From assembly GCA_010909165.1 (NCBI GenBank), contig VJWM01000019.1, forward strand, positions 62,001-126,000: DNA of 64,000 nucleotides. Direction: 5' to 3'. The position numbers and the translations under genes were made by a program. The notes beneath the pieces are model-generated. The model searched no databases. It saw only the letters and a list, made by a program, of their open reading frames with translations, and was not told the DNA's origin. Origin of the DNA: Anthoceros angustus. Lineage: Eukaryota > Plantae > Anthocerotophyta. Below are positions 1 through 12,750 of this stretch, one piece after another. The first letter of the stretch is position 1; the number at the start of each line of letters is the position of its first letter.

Positions 1-3000
1 CTACAAAGAATCAAGAGTGTTTTCCGTTGGTACGGTCTAGGTGTCACTTTCTCCCCAAGAGGGAATGGAAAACCTATAACAACGATACAATACAAAGAAT
101 CAAGAGTGTTCTTGTTGGTACGGTCTAGGTGTCACGTTAAGATAAAGATCACAAGATCGAGGCCACTGAGCTTGAAAATTGCATGCTACTTGGTTCTTGC
201 GAGTCACGGTGTCGACTTCAAGCAATACCATGCCATAGTGAGGAAGATGATAAAAGACCACAAAGATCGACGAAATGATGATGATGTCGTGTCACCGCGC
301 ATATGACCTCGGCAAGACCACGCCTCGGTGAGGGTTAGAGCCTCACCATGCTTGTAAGATGTCTTGGAGCAAAACGTGTTGAAGTAGGACACTGGAGAGA
401 AGACGAAGATGAAGTCATTGTCGGATAATGAATGACAACATACACGTACTAGTCGTATGAAAATATTAGGATTACATTGCATATACTTAAAGAGAGAGCT
501 TAATATAAGCGTCTTAATTGAGCCTACTTGGAGATCATAGCTCTTTAATTGAGCTTGGTATGGTCTGGAGAGAATATGTTTGAAGACAGCATGGAAATAA
601 CAGAGGATGCCTACATCAAAAACATTTGGACCGCCAGAGAGACTATGAAGTGGTGTGCAAACAATGGATACGAGGAACCAAAGGCGCCTAGCTTGGAGGA
701 AGCATCTAGATGCGTGAAGATGTTGGTGAGAAAATCTTCAATCAATGACATAGATTATAATCCCGAGGTGGAAGTAGATGAGGACGCAATTATCAAGACG
801 TGGATGATGATGTACATGAAGAACACGAACAATCGGATAAAAGACTTTAGTAATGGAGAAAATGTAGGTATTAAGACCGATGAGCAATTGGAGGAAGACT
901 TAAATATCAAAGAGGGTTTTCACATTCATGGAAGACTTAAATTATGAAGTACACCGACCAAGACTTAAGTAATGAAGAAGATATTGATGAAGAATTAAAT
1001 GATGGAGAAGATTGTGACAAAGACTTTAAGTAATGAAGAAGATTTTGAGGAAGACTTTAGTGATTGAAAGAGATTCGGATGAAGACTCAAGTAATTAAGG
1101 AGACACTCACGAATTCATGATGAAGTCAAGGTCGAGTATGAAGCATTGTACAATGAATGATAAAATATTGATCTAAGGAATATGTACGAGGTATGCATAA
1201 GGACAAGAACAAAAGTTTGACCGTTTATAGCTTTTGCGATGGAGTTGGCCACGCACATGTATGGCTCTTTGTCCTTACTTACTTGGCCTGGAGTTCCGGT
1301 GAACCCTAAGCCCACGAAGGGGTAGGAGCTACAAACAAGAATTGCAAGGGCTCCTCATGAGCGGATGGAAGAAATTATTCATGAGCATGGATGGCATGCT
1401 CGATGGAGGCTAGGGTGGCAAGCTTGTGAGTTCAACCTATCCCACTTGCGTTGTGTATGGACACCGCCTACTTCAGACATTCCCTTCATTGGCTGCCTTT
1501 TTGCTTCCTACAGAAAGCCCTTTGAAACAGTCACCGATCTCCGGATAAATTGTCGCCACGCTTTAGAATTGCAACCGAGCCCATGATGGGGTGTGTTCGA
1601 CGATCCTCTTGTACCTCACTTGCTTTCCCTCTTTCATTACCACGTTTCCAAAACCTAACACCTTGATTGTCCTTGGCGTGTGCTCCCCAAAGAAAGAAAA
1701 GGAGGAGGGAATAGCGCTGAGCTGCAAAGGTCTTCTCGACAGCCCATCTCACCTCCTCCATGCTCGTATGCGATGCTCAATCGATGTAGGAATTCAAAAT
1801 ATAGGAATCCGGACGACGATCCGGGTGATGTCACCGCAAGTTACTTTGTGATAGCTAGATTGATGATGGTAGACATAGTTACTATTTGGAACCTCACTTG
1901 GAGGCTACAATAGAGGGATGGTGGATTGCTCCATATGCAGACAATCGAAATGATGTGTTGAGACATGTGTAAGAGCATGGTTAATTAGTTTTAATTGTAC
2001 GACAAATGACATGATAGGTTGAGACATGTACAAGAGCATGCACAATTTGGATAAATGACATGATATGTTGAGACATGTATAAGAGCATGCCTAATTTGTT
2101 TTAATTATATGATAAATGTATATTTTTCCCCAAGAGGGAATGGAAAACCTATAACAACGATACAATACAAAGAATCAAGAGTGTTTTCCGTTGGTACGGT
2201 CTAGGTGTCACTTTCTCCCCAAGAGGGAATGGAAAACCTATAACAACGATACAATACAAAGAATCAAGAGTGTTCTTGTTGGTACGGTCTAGGTGTCACG
2301 TTAAGATAAAGATCACAAGATCGAGGCCACTGAGCTCGAAATTGCATGCTACTTGGTTCTTGCGAGTCACGCAGCGACCGACTTCAAGCAATACCATGCC
2401 ATAGTGAGGAAGATGATAAAAGACCACAAAGATCGGCGAAATGATGATGATGTCGTGTCACCGCGCATATGACCTCGGCAAGACCACGCCTCGGTGAGGG
2501 TTAGAGCCTCACCATGCTTGTAAGATGTCTTGGAGCAAAACGTGTTGAAGTAGGACCGGAGAGAAGACGAAGATGAAGTCATTGTCGGATAATGAATGAC
2601 AACATACACGTATTTAGTCGTATGAAAATATTAGGATTACATTGCATATACTTAAAGAGAGAGCTTAATATAAGCGCCTTAATTGAGCCTACTTGGAGAT
2701 CATAGCTCTTTAATTGAGCTTGGTCGATACGGTAGCTTACTCGAGATAGATTAGGAAGGATGTCATTCCAAGTGAGGGTCATTATGTTGTAAGATTAAGA
2801 AAAATTGGACCCAAGTGAAGATTATTGCATTAGAAAGTTAAATTGTTGTAAGTAGCTACTATTCTAAATTTGGAGCATAGTGTAATAGTAGTATTCTAAG
2901 CATAATAATAACATAAAATGAACAATACTATAGTTAGCTCATGGCCCTTTATAAAGGTTTAGCGGCCTAGAATTCATAAGAAACACTGTACTATAGTTAG

Positions 3001-6000
3001 CTCATGGCCCTTTATAAAGGTTTGGCGGCCTAGTATTCAAAAGTTCTATCGTTAGCTCATGTGTTTCGTTCTTCACTTGTGGTGTAAAGTATATCTCAAC
3101 ATCAAGATATTATATGTTTTGTGTCCTATATATTTTGCTACGTGTCGACTTTATGTGTTTCGTTCCACACTTGTCGATAAAGCATATCTCAACAACGTAT
3201 GAAAAGATTATAATTGCATCACCTATATTTGAAGATATACATGTATTAGCTCTTCAATTGAGCCTACTTGGAGATCATAGCTCTTTAATTGAGTTTACCC
3301 AGATAGTAGGTCCTCCATTAAAGATTCTTCTCTAGCTTATTAATAAGCTTTCAATACCAATATATTGGACTTGTTATATTGGTACTTGTGGAGTGAACAA
3401 TTCACGAATGAAGATAACAAACTCATCAACTTCGAGAGTTCGGAAGAGGATACAATATCCGTTCTCCACACTCATTCCAAAACCAATCACATACTCGAAG
3501 ATGGCGAGTGGTCCTTTACGTGCACCTCAATGTCTTCAGACGATTTCCCCTTCCAACAGTTGAAGCAAAAGAGTCGGATATGGGTGGTCAGATGCACCCA
3601 TGCCTTGGCCGGGTCCAAACGACATGTGGATGTGGAAAAGTTTCGGTAAGCCTCAAAACGTGATCCATATTGGGCGAGTAGATCTTTGACCGCTCCACTA
3701 GCGTTTTGCAAGAATAGCGAAAGGAGCAAGACCTTTAAGAGCAAGGAAGCATTCGCAGATATATGAAAAGAAATTATCCGAATTAGATGTGGATGATTTT
3801 TCTTATCTTTTCAATGGAAAGTGCCTATCAAAATTGAAGTTGACGACTCTATTGATAATCGGAGAGAAGACAAAGATAAAGTCGACATCGAATACAAAGC
3901 ATCATCAAGACTTACTTTGTGTGGACTCACTTCTTAATGAATCGACATCGGCGACTTTGGAAAAGTCATATGTACAAAGAAGGAAGAGGAAGACTCGATG
4001 ACGCAGATGCGGATTTGAAGCGTTTTTGTGCAAAGTTCATGTCAACATCCTCATCTTTGAAGAGGTCGCTCACGAGTCCAACCACGGTAATGATTTTGAG
4101 AGCAAGAAAACCGCGAAAAACCTAGACAATTTGCAAAGAAACCTCTTGTAGAGCCATCGCCTTCCCAAGAAGGTAGCTTGCCTCAAGCAAGTCTTGTGCG
4201 GGTGGATACGGTGGTGAAGCCGCCATCTTACCTTCTCGCCTATTTCAAGGAGGCTCATGGCGAGCCTGTGACCGTGGTCTCTGGAGCCGTTCGAAAAGAA
4301 ATGTTTTGGGCTTGGTATGGTCTTTGGGAGAGAATATGTTTGAAGACAGCATGGAAATAACAGAGGATGCCTACATCAAAAACATTTGGACTGCCAGAGA
4401 GACTATGAAGTGGTGTGCAAACAATGGATACGAGGAACCAAAGGCGCCTAGCTTGGAGGAAGCATCTAGATGCGTGAAGATGTTGGTGAGAAAATCTTCA
4501 ATCAATGACATAGATTATAATCCCGAGGTGGAAGTAGATGAGGACGCATCAAGACGTGGATGATGATGTACATGAAGAACACGAACAATCGGATAAAGAC
4601 TTTAGTAATGGAGAAAATGTAGGTATTAAGACCGATGAGCAATTGGAGGAAGACTTAAATATCAAAGAGGGTTTTCACATTCATGGAAGACTTAAATTAT
4701 GAAGTACACCTGGACCAAGACTTAAGTAATGAAGAAGATATTGATGAAGAATTAAATGATGGAGAAGATTGTGACAAAGACTTTAAGTAATGAAGAAGAT
4801 TTTGAGGAAGACTTTAGTGATTGAAAGAGATTCGGATGAAGACTCAAGTAATTAAGGAGACACTCACGAATTCATGATGAAGTCAAGGTCGAGTATGAAG
4901 CATTGTACAATGAATGATAAAATATTGATCTAAGGAATATGTACGAGGTATGCATAAGGACAAGAACAAAAGTTTGACCGTTTATAGCTTTTGCGATGGA
5001 GTTGGCCACCGCACATGTATGGCTCTTTGTCCTTACTTACTTGGCCTGGAGTTCCGGTGAACCCTAAGCCCACGAAGGGGTAGGAGCTACAAACAAGAAT
5101 TGCAAGGGCTCCTCATGAGCGGATGGAAGAAATTATTCATGAGCATGGATGGCATGCTCAAGATGGAGGCTAGGGTGGCAAGCTTGTGAGTTCAACCTAT
5201 CCCACTTGCGTTGTGTATGGACACCGCCTACATTACATTCCCTTCATTGGCTGCCTTTTTTGCTTCCTGAAAGCCCTTTGAAACAGTCACGATCTCCGGA
5301 TAAATTGTCGCCACGCTTTAGAATTTGCAACCGAGCCCATGATGGGGTGTGTTCTGACGATCCTCTTGTACCTCACTTGCTTTCCCTCTTTCAGTACGAC
5401 GTTTCCAAAACGTCTAGATGCGTGAAGATGTTGGTGAGAAAATCTTCAATCAATGACATAGATTATAATCCTGAGGTGGAAATAGATGAGGACGTAAATA
5501 CTGAAGACGTGGATGATGATGTACATGAAGAACACGAACAATCGCAAAGACTTTAGTAATGGAGAAAATGTAGGTATTAAGGCTGATGAGCAATTGGAGG
5601 AAGACTTAAATATCAAAGAGGGTTTTCAAATTCATGGAAGACTTAAATTATGAAGTACACCTGGACCAAGACTTAAGTAATGAAGGAGATATCGATGAAG
5701 AATTAAATGATGGAGAAGATTGTGACAAAGACTTTAAGTAATGAAGAAGATTTTGAGGAAGACTTGAGTGATTGAAAGAAATTCGGATAACGGTAGGAAG
5801 GAAGGAAGGTCGAGAAGCATCGAATGAAGGAAGGAAGGTCGAGAAGCATAGAATGACTTCATGTGTGCCTCGCACTTGCTAGGATGATTTTAAGAATGGC
5901 CCGGTGAGAATTAGTTGAAAAGTATGATCAAGGTCATTAGAGGTGTGCCTGAGTTAAGTTTTGAAACATGTAGGACTCTTTATTGAATAGGGTCCAGGTA

Positions 6001-6830
6001 ATTTGAAGATATACATGTATTAGCTCTTCAATTGAGCCTACTTGGAGATCATAGCTCTTTAATTGAGTTTACCCAGATAGTAGGTCCTCCATTAAAGATT
6101 CTTCTCTAGCTTATTAATAAGCTTTCAATACCAATATATTGGACTTGTTATATTGGTACTTGTGGAGTGAACAATTCACGAATGAAGATAACAAACTCAT
6201 CAACTTCGAGAGTTCGGAAGAGGATACAATATCCGTTCTCCACACTCGATTCCAAAACCAATCACATACTCGAAGATGGCGAGTGGTCCTTTACGTGCAC
6301 CTCAATGTCTTCAGACGATTTCCCTTCCAACAGTTGAAGCAAAAGAGTCGGATATGGGTGGTCAGATGCACCCATGCCTTGGCCGGGTCCAAACGACATG
6401 TGGATGTGGAAAGTTTCGGTAAGCCTCAAAACGTGATCCATATTGGGCGAGTAGATCTTTGATCGCTCCACTAGCGTTTTGCAAGAATAGCGAAAGGAGC
6501 AAGACCTTTAAGAGCAAGGAAAGCATTCGCAGATATATGAAAGAAATTATCCAATTAGATGTGGATGATTTTTCTTATCTTTCAATGGAAAGTGCCTATC
6601 AAAATTGAAGTTGACGACTCTATTGATAATCGGAGAGAGAAGACAAAGATAAAGTCGACATCGAATACAAAGCATCATCAAGACTTACTTTGTGTGGACT
6701 CACTTCTTAATGAATCGACATCGGCGACTTTGGAAAAGTCATATGTACGAAGGAAGAGGAAGACTCGATGACGCAGATGCGATTTGAAGCGTTGTGCAAA
6801 GTTCATGTCAACATCCTCATCTTTGAAGAG
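1..6830. repeat. Complex mosaic of near-identical repeated blocks (degenerate TE/satellite-like region, possibly partly mis-assembled)
   Basis: About 1-550 recurs at about 2160-2720; about 550-1650 recurs at about 4310-5410; about 3228-4065 recurs at about 6002-6830; about 705-1080 recurs a third time at about 5412-5790. Copies differ mostly by 1-3 nt indels. No intact recognisable ORF. Confidence 0.85.
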
Positions 6831-7098
6831 GAACTGACGGACGTAAGTGACATACAGCTCCCCTGGTCCTTCTAGAGCTGTTGCTCAAGAGGTTATACTC
6901 CGACATCTTAATACTTTCATCAGACAAAAATTTAATAAAGGAGTGGCTGACGAGAGCCATCCGCTTCACATTGCCAAAAATGTCAACGAATCTGTTTCAT
7001 TTCTGGGATAACCAGATACAAATGGAGGTTTCATAGAAAACGCCTCTAATGCCCTTACGGTCCGCCGGCAAGCAGCTGAACTATAATCATGTTGCAAT

Positions 7099-7836
7099 TT
7101 ACTGGGGCTTGTGAACGATGAAGGAGCAGCACTGGACCTGCCTCATGTTATCGAAGCCAAGGACACGGATGTAGCAGCCAGGGTAGGCAGTCTTGCAGCT
7201 CTCAATCTCTCTCAGCACGGAGGCAGAGTCGGTGCACCCGAACATGGGCAGCTTCCACATTGTCCAGTACCGGCCGCCGTAGTACCCGGGCTGGCCCTGC
7301 AGGGTGGTGATGGTACCGCTCTGCAAAAATCATCCACAATGTGGGCAAAGATCCGAACCCTGGACATTAACACGCATTCAAACCCAAGGAGACCATGCAT
7401 ACCGGGTCGAACTCGAGGCAGGGGATCCACTTCTTGAGGAGCATGTAGTCGATCTCCTTGGCTATTTGGTCGTCGGTCAGAGGCGGCAGGTAAGAGAGGG
7501 TCTCGAACCTGGGGTTGTCAATGGGGGTCCACACCTGTGCAGCAGAGACAAGCACAGAGAGTGAGTGTGCAGAGCAAGCCACATCTTGCGAGGGAAGCAG
7601 CAGCAGCGGCAGCTGCAGCGCTAGCAAGGCCGGACGCTCACCTGCATGCAGTTCACACGGCTGCCGTTGCTCACGGTCTTGGAGCTCAGGTCGGCGGTCC
7701 TTCCAGAGAAGACAGCGCCGGACTTAAGGCCCACGAAAGCCCTGACGGTAGAGACCTCCGACACGGTGCTGCTGGGGGAAGCAGCGGCGAAAGCAGCCGG
7801 TGCCACCACGGCGGAGGAAGCGACCAGGGAAGCCAT
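7099..7836 (-). CDS. rbcS: Rubisco small subunit precursor, 182 aa; exons 7836-7642, 7534-7403, 7320-7099
   Basis: Transit peptide [16 protein letters not shown]...SRVNC followed by [46 protein letters not shown] and [14 protein letters not shown]. Two phase-0 GT-AG introns join the exons in frame. Confidence 0.98.
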
Positions 7837-7994
7837 GGCGGCAGATCGGGTAGCTCTGCGGAGGACAAGTCCTGCTGCAGGTGAAGAAAGAACAGAAAGC
7901 GTGGAAGCTGTGACTGGAAGAGGAAGTCTCAGGCTGTTGCTGAAATAGGGGGAAGGAGAGACCATCCACAGCCACACGAAGGCTTGGCGGAGAA

Positions 7995-8130
7995 GGATAA
8001 GAGAGGATTGCCTAGCGCTGGCGCGGCCTTCCACTTTCCCTCTCTTTTTACTGGAACACGAGTCATTTTCCTGATATCTGCATAATACCGGCCCCTGGGA
8101 ATGTAACCAGATCGGATAAGAGGGGATTGC
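7995..8130 (-). promoter_or_regulatory. Two copies of a 17-bp I-box (GATAAG)-containing motif upstream of rbcS
   Basis: GGATAAGAGAGGATTGC (7995-8011) and GGATAAGAGGGGATTGC (8114-8130), about 160 and 280 bp upstream of the rbcS ATG. GATAAG is the established I-box of light-regulated rbcS promoters. Confidence 0.6.
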
Positions 8131-8329
8131 GTCCCGCTGTCGCAACCGACAAACACCATCCCTGGGGAAGATGTACATACAGTACATGCCTACAGTACAT
8201 GGTGATGTCCCGTCATCGGGAAGGCACGCTCGCCTCGTTTGTAAACAATTCTAGCCAGTCGTATGGCGTGGAAGATAACTCGGCCTGTGATAGAACGAAT
8301 TAAAGTGTGTGGTGGTCATCGATCGTCTG

Positions 8330-9665
8330 CCGAATGAGTTGCAAGATGATCAGATGGTGAGGAAGGAACGAACACGTATGCAAAATGTGGCGGGCTGGAA
8401 GATGCATTCCAGGTTTTTCACGTATATTGGCCTCACAGATGTGGTTTTAGGGAATACCCTGAAAGCAGGCGTGGATGCTTGAGAAAAGACATGCTACTGG
8501 GGTACACAGCGCTGGGGGTCTGCTTGATGAACATGTATGCAGAATAATTCGGAGTAGATGGGCACCTTCTTCTGCCACACTTCGGAGACGGGGCCATGCA
8601 GCTGTATCATGAGATGTGCAGATCAAGCTTGAAGCCCGGGATCCTTGTTTTTGTGGCGGCCGTACAGCCGTGTGGAAGGGGAGCAGAGCTTAGAAACGGG
8701 GTAGCAGGTAGGTGCACGCGGATGTATTGGCCAATGCACTTGAGCATCATTCGTTTCTAGGTCTTTGCTGGTGGGCATGTCTGCGAAGTGTTGAAGCGTA
8801 GAAGATGTGTCTGATGGGATTCGTGAAAAGGATGACGTGACGTGGGATGGGATGGTGAGAAGGCCCTTCGGCTCTACAGTGTTGAGGAAAAGGAAGGCAT
8901 TGCCGTTCATAACACTGTGATATTTGTGATAAGCATCCTGCAAGCATGCGCAAGTGTGGGTACCACAGGTGCGAGGATGTGGGTACCACCCCTTGTTCAA
9001 GGAGTGTTGGAGTGTGGCATTCCATGATGGCAGAGTACTCCCAGCAAGGCGTGTGCTAGTTTGGGTGCCCCAGCTTCGGAGGACAGAAAGCAACTGCATC
9101 TTGAGCAGGGCAAGGGCATGTGAAAGGGAGGGCACCCTAACTTTGGAGAAGGGAAAGCAGCCACATGCACAAAATGTGTAGCAAGAGTGGTTCCGAAGAA
9201 ATGTGTTTGTGGCCCAACTGTTTGCTGACTTTGTACGCAGGGTGCGGCAACCTAGAAGACGCACAGAACAAGTCCAAGTTTACTAGTATGTACGCAAGCT
9301 GCGGCAGCCTGGAACAAGCTCAGCGAATTTTTCGCCAACTTTAAGCACCAAATATCGTGACCTGGGATGCATTGATAGCTGCGCGTGCCTCTCGTGACGC
9401 AGCAGATGGCTTTGCAACAATTCGACCGCAGTGGCCATGATAGCAAACTGCTGCACTCTTGCAAGTATTCTGAAGGCGTGTGGGAATGCTGCAGCACTGG
9501 AAAGGGGGTAGTTGGTCACTTGCGATTCCTGCCATGGATGCACATGTTTTCCGTCGGACCGTGCCGTCCACATGCTTCTCCAGTGTGGCAACCTGGAGGA
9601 AGCCCAGATGGTGTGTGACGGGATGCTGACGATAAGTTTCGTCACATGAACTGCCGTGATTACAG
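8330..9665 (+). pseudogene. Degenerate PLS-class PPR pseudogene
   Basis: Remnants TATGCAAAATGTGGCGGGCTGGAAGATGCA (YAKCGGLEDA, about 8377), AACATGTATGCA, and AACACTGTGATATTTGTGATAAGCATCCTGCAAGCATGCGCAAGTGTGGGT (NTVIFVISILQACASVG) resemble the intact PPR at 32829-35822. Many frameshifts and stops. Confidence 0.8.
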
Positions 9666-11019
9666 GGTGCGAAAGGGAGCCCGCAACACACAGGCACCAC
9701 AACAGGGCAGAGAAAAACGCCACGACGCGGACCGGAGTTCCCACGGCAATTCTCAGACTTCTTGGGTTTCTCGGGTTTACAGGGGTTTGTGCAGGCCACC
9801 TTCGGATGGAAACATGACGAAAACCCCAGCAGAAGTGAACGGGGGCCGCAAGAACGGGGACAAGCTGTGTCTCCGACTGTTTCCGGGTTTTCTGGACTTG
9901 TATCGGCTCCGTGAATCCATGATGTGTCAAGCCATTCCTTTCGTAACGGCTGATTTGTTCGACGTCGCACACACACACCCTAACTTCGAGTTGAGGGAGC
10001 AACGGAAAGTCTTCAGCTACTTGGGTAGAGCACAAAAGGCAAACAAAGAAGACCGCGGTATACAAACTGCACGAACCGCACTTCTTAATGTTGCAATGGC
10101 TTGTATGAGGCAATCATTTTGCAGCATTGAGCATAGACAATAAGAGCAAACATATTTAAAATTTGGTTCACGCACTGTAATTAGCCAAGTTTCATATGAA
10201 GGTTAAGTGCAAGGGTGGTTGCCAAAGCTTTTTCAGCGACGATGGTTTCTTTCTTGTATTTACCAAAACACGATCAAAGTACGAAGGGGTGGTAAATGAG
10301 TGCATGCAGATGTTCTTGTGGCTGAACAACACACACATGGGTTAGTGCTCTACATAAGCATTATTTAGAATCTCCTGAGAGAACAATATTAGAGTTGCTC
10401 AAGGACTTATTTCGTGACAGAAATCAAACTGAGAACTCAACAATTATGGACAGACATCTCCCCGCTACATTGAGCAAGCATTTCCCAAACTTGGTCAGTT
10501 CATAGGAGCAACAGGTTTTTGTTGCTCCGGGCTTCTCATTTCGTGGCCGTTGGGCATATCAATTGAATTTGTACTACGACGAGGCCCAACATCGGCCATG
10601 GCGTCCCCATACTCACCCAGTAGATGGCCCACCCCGGGCCTGCCCATTAGTCTACCCTAAAGCGTACTTTGCGATAGCTTAAAGGTACCATGACGAAGTC
10701 CTTCCTCAAAGTTTGTCCTCACCTCTCTAGACGAAGCTCAAGTTCAATTCTGGACTATTGAAGTGGACGCCAATACTAGATTTGAGGAATCTACCCGTTC
10801 CGTGTTTTCGTCTCTCAGGACTCCCTAAGGTCCTGCATTTATTTGTTTGTTTGTTGTTCCTCTTAATTAATTATTTCGGCAAGACCCACTCTAAAAAAAA
10901 AAGAAGGTACCATGACGTATGCCCTTTTGTACCAAGGACCCCCGTTGTAGGTTCCCCCTTAGCCCTCTCCCTTCAGCTCTCCATTATATTGATGTTGATT
11001 GAGGGGGAATATCGACTCG

Positions 11020-12750
11020 AAGAAATCAACCTCAGGTTCTGAGTGCACACAGTCCTCGGTACAAGTTGCAAAGCCCCAAGGGGCACATTTGCTCTCATCC
11101 CTACACTTCCTATCTTTCGTAATCGTTGTTGGAACAGGAGAAGAGTACACAAGTAGAGAACATAAGTATTTGCTAGAATGAGTGATTTGTCTTGTGTACA
11201 ATGCATCTTATGTAGTCTCACCGGAAGGGTGTCACTGTTCATGTGGGGGTATGCCTAACTATCTAAGTCTGTAGTAATCAAATACTCAACCCTCGGACTA
11301 GATATGTTAGGCGAATGGATTATCCTATCTAGGGAGGGCACAGACTCCAAGGAGAAGATCACAAGCCATGTTCTTGTCCCGTTGTAAGCTCTTTGTTAAA
11401 ATGTCGGCACCCATATGCTCCGTGGGACAGTATTTCAGTCGAATCTCCCCTACACCACACTTCTCACGCACGTAATGGTAATATTGGAGATCAATATCCT
11501 TGGACTTGGAGATGAACTTCGAGTTGCCAGCAAGGGCGAGAGCGGATTGGTTGTCATTTCATCGTGGTAGGCTTCTATTGTGTCATCCCTAATTCGTCGA
11601 GGAGCCTTTAAGAGGAGGCTCACAAGAAATGATAAACAAGACCATGTATAGGAGCCTAGCGGGTACACTTTCTCGGGTTGTTGTTCATGGTGTATTCATT
11701 GGCCTCATTCTGTTGCCTTCTTGCAAAATCGATGTTGTCACGACTTGAAAGTATCTTGACCTGCTCAATGGCTTCATGACCACTATGTGTGCTCTCCTAT
11801 TTGTATATCTACGAGATGCACATACTTCTAGCTACTCCATGTACTTTCGCTCCTCGTCAATCTTGGGGGTTCTTGGTCAAAAGCGAAATCAACCTCGTGT
11901 TCCGAGCACACCTCAGACAAGTTGCAAAGCCCAAGGCACATTTGCTCTCATCCCTACACTTCCTATCTTTCGTAATCGTTGTTGGAACAGAGAAGAGTAC
12001 ACAAGTAGAGAACATAAGTATTTGCTAGAATGAGTGATTTGTCTTGTGTACAATGCATCTTATGTAGTCTCACCGGAAGGGTGTCACTGTTCATGTGGGG
12101 GTATGCCTAACTATCTAAGTCTGAGTAATCAAATACTCAACCCTCGGACTAGATATGTTAGGCGAATGGATTATCCTATCTAGGGAGGGCACAGACTCCA
12201 AGGAGAAGATCACAAGCCATGTTCTTGTCCCGTTGTAAGCTCTTTGTTAAAATGTCGGCACCCATATGCTCCGTGGGACAGTATTTCAGTCGAATCTCCC
12301 CTACACCACACTTCTCACGCACGTAATGGTAATATTGGAGATCAATATCCTTGGACTTGGAGATGAACTTCGAGTTGCCAGCAAGGGCGAGAGCGGATTG
12401 GTTGTCATTTCATCGTGGTAGGCTTCTATTGTGTCATCCCTAATTCGTCGAGGAGCCTTTAAGAGGAGGCTCACAAGAAATGATAAACAAGACCATGTAT
12501 AGGAGCCTAGCTGCGGGTACACTTTCTGGTTGTTGTTCATGGTGTATTCATTGGCCTGCCTCGCTGCTGTTGCCTTCTTGCAAAAACTGACAGTGTCACT
12601 GCTGACTTGAAAGTATCTTGACCCGTGCTCAATGGCTTACTGTTGACCACTATGTGTGCTCTCCTATTTGTATATCTACGAGATGCACATACTTCTAGCT
12701 ACTCCATGTACTTTCGCTCCTCGTCAATCTTGGGGGGTTCTTGGTCAGCA
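11020..12750. repeat. Direct tandem duplication of an about 860-bp degenerate TE-like segment
   Basis: About 11020-11880 is repeated at about 11885-12748, giving near-identical ORF translations (11450-11668 vs 12301-12540). Differences are small indels. Confidence 0.85.

Noticed and set aside
6850-7101. Possible C-terminal extension of RbcS by read-through or an extra exon
   Set aside because: There is a clean TAA after HKPQ, a further stop shortly after, and no convincing downstream exon.
8623-10143. Long ORFs 8623-9264 (-), 9283-10113 (-) and 9646-10143 (+)
   Set aside because: Largely antisense to or adjoining the decayed PPR, with no recognisable motifs. A possible hAT-like terminal repeat pair (about 9662 and about 10660) is too weak to call.
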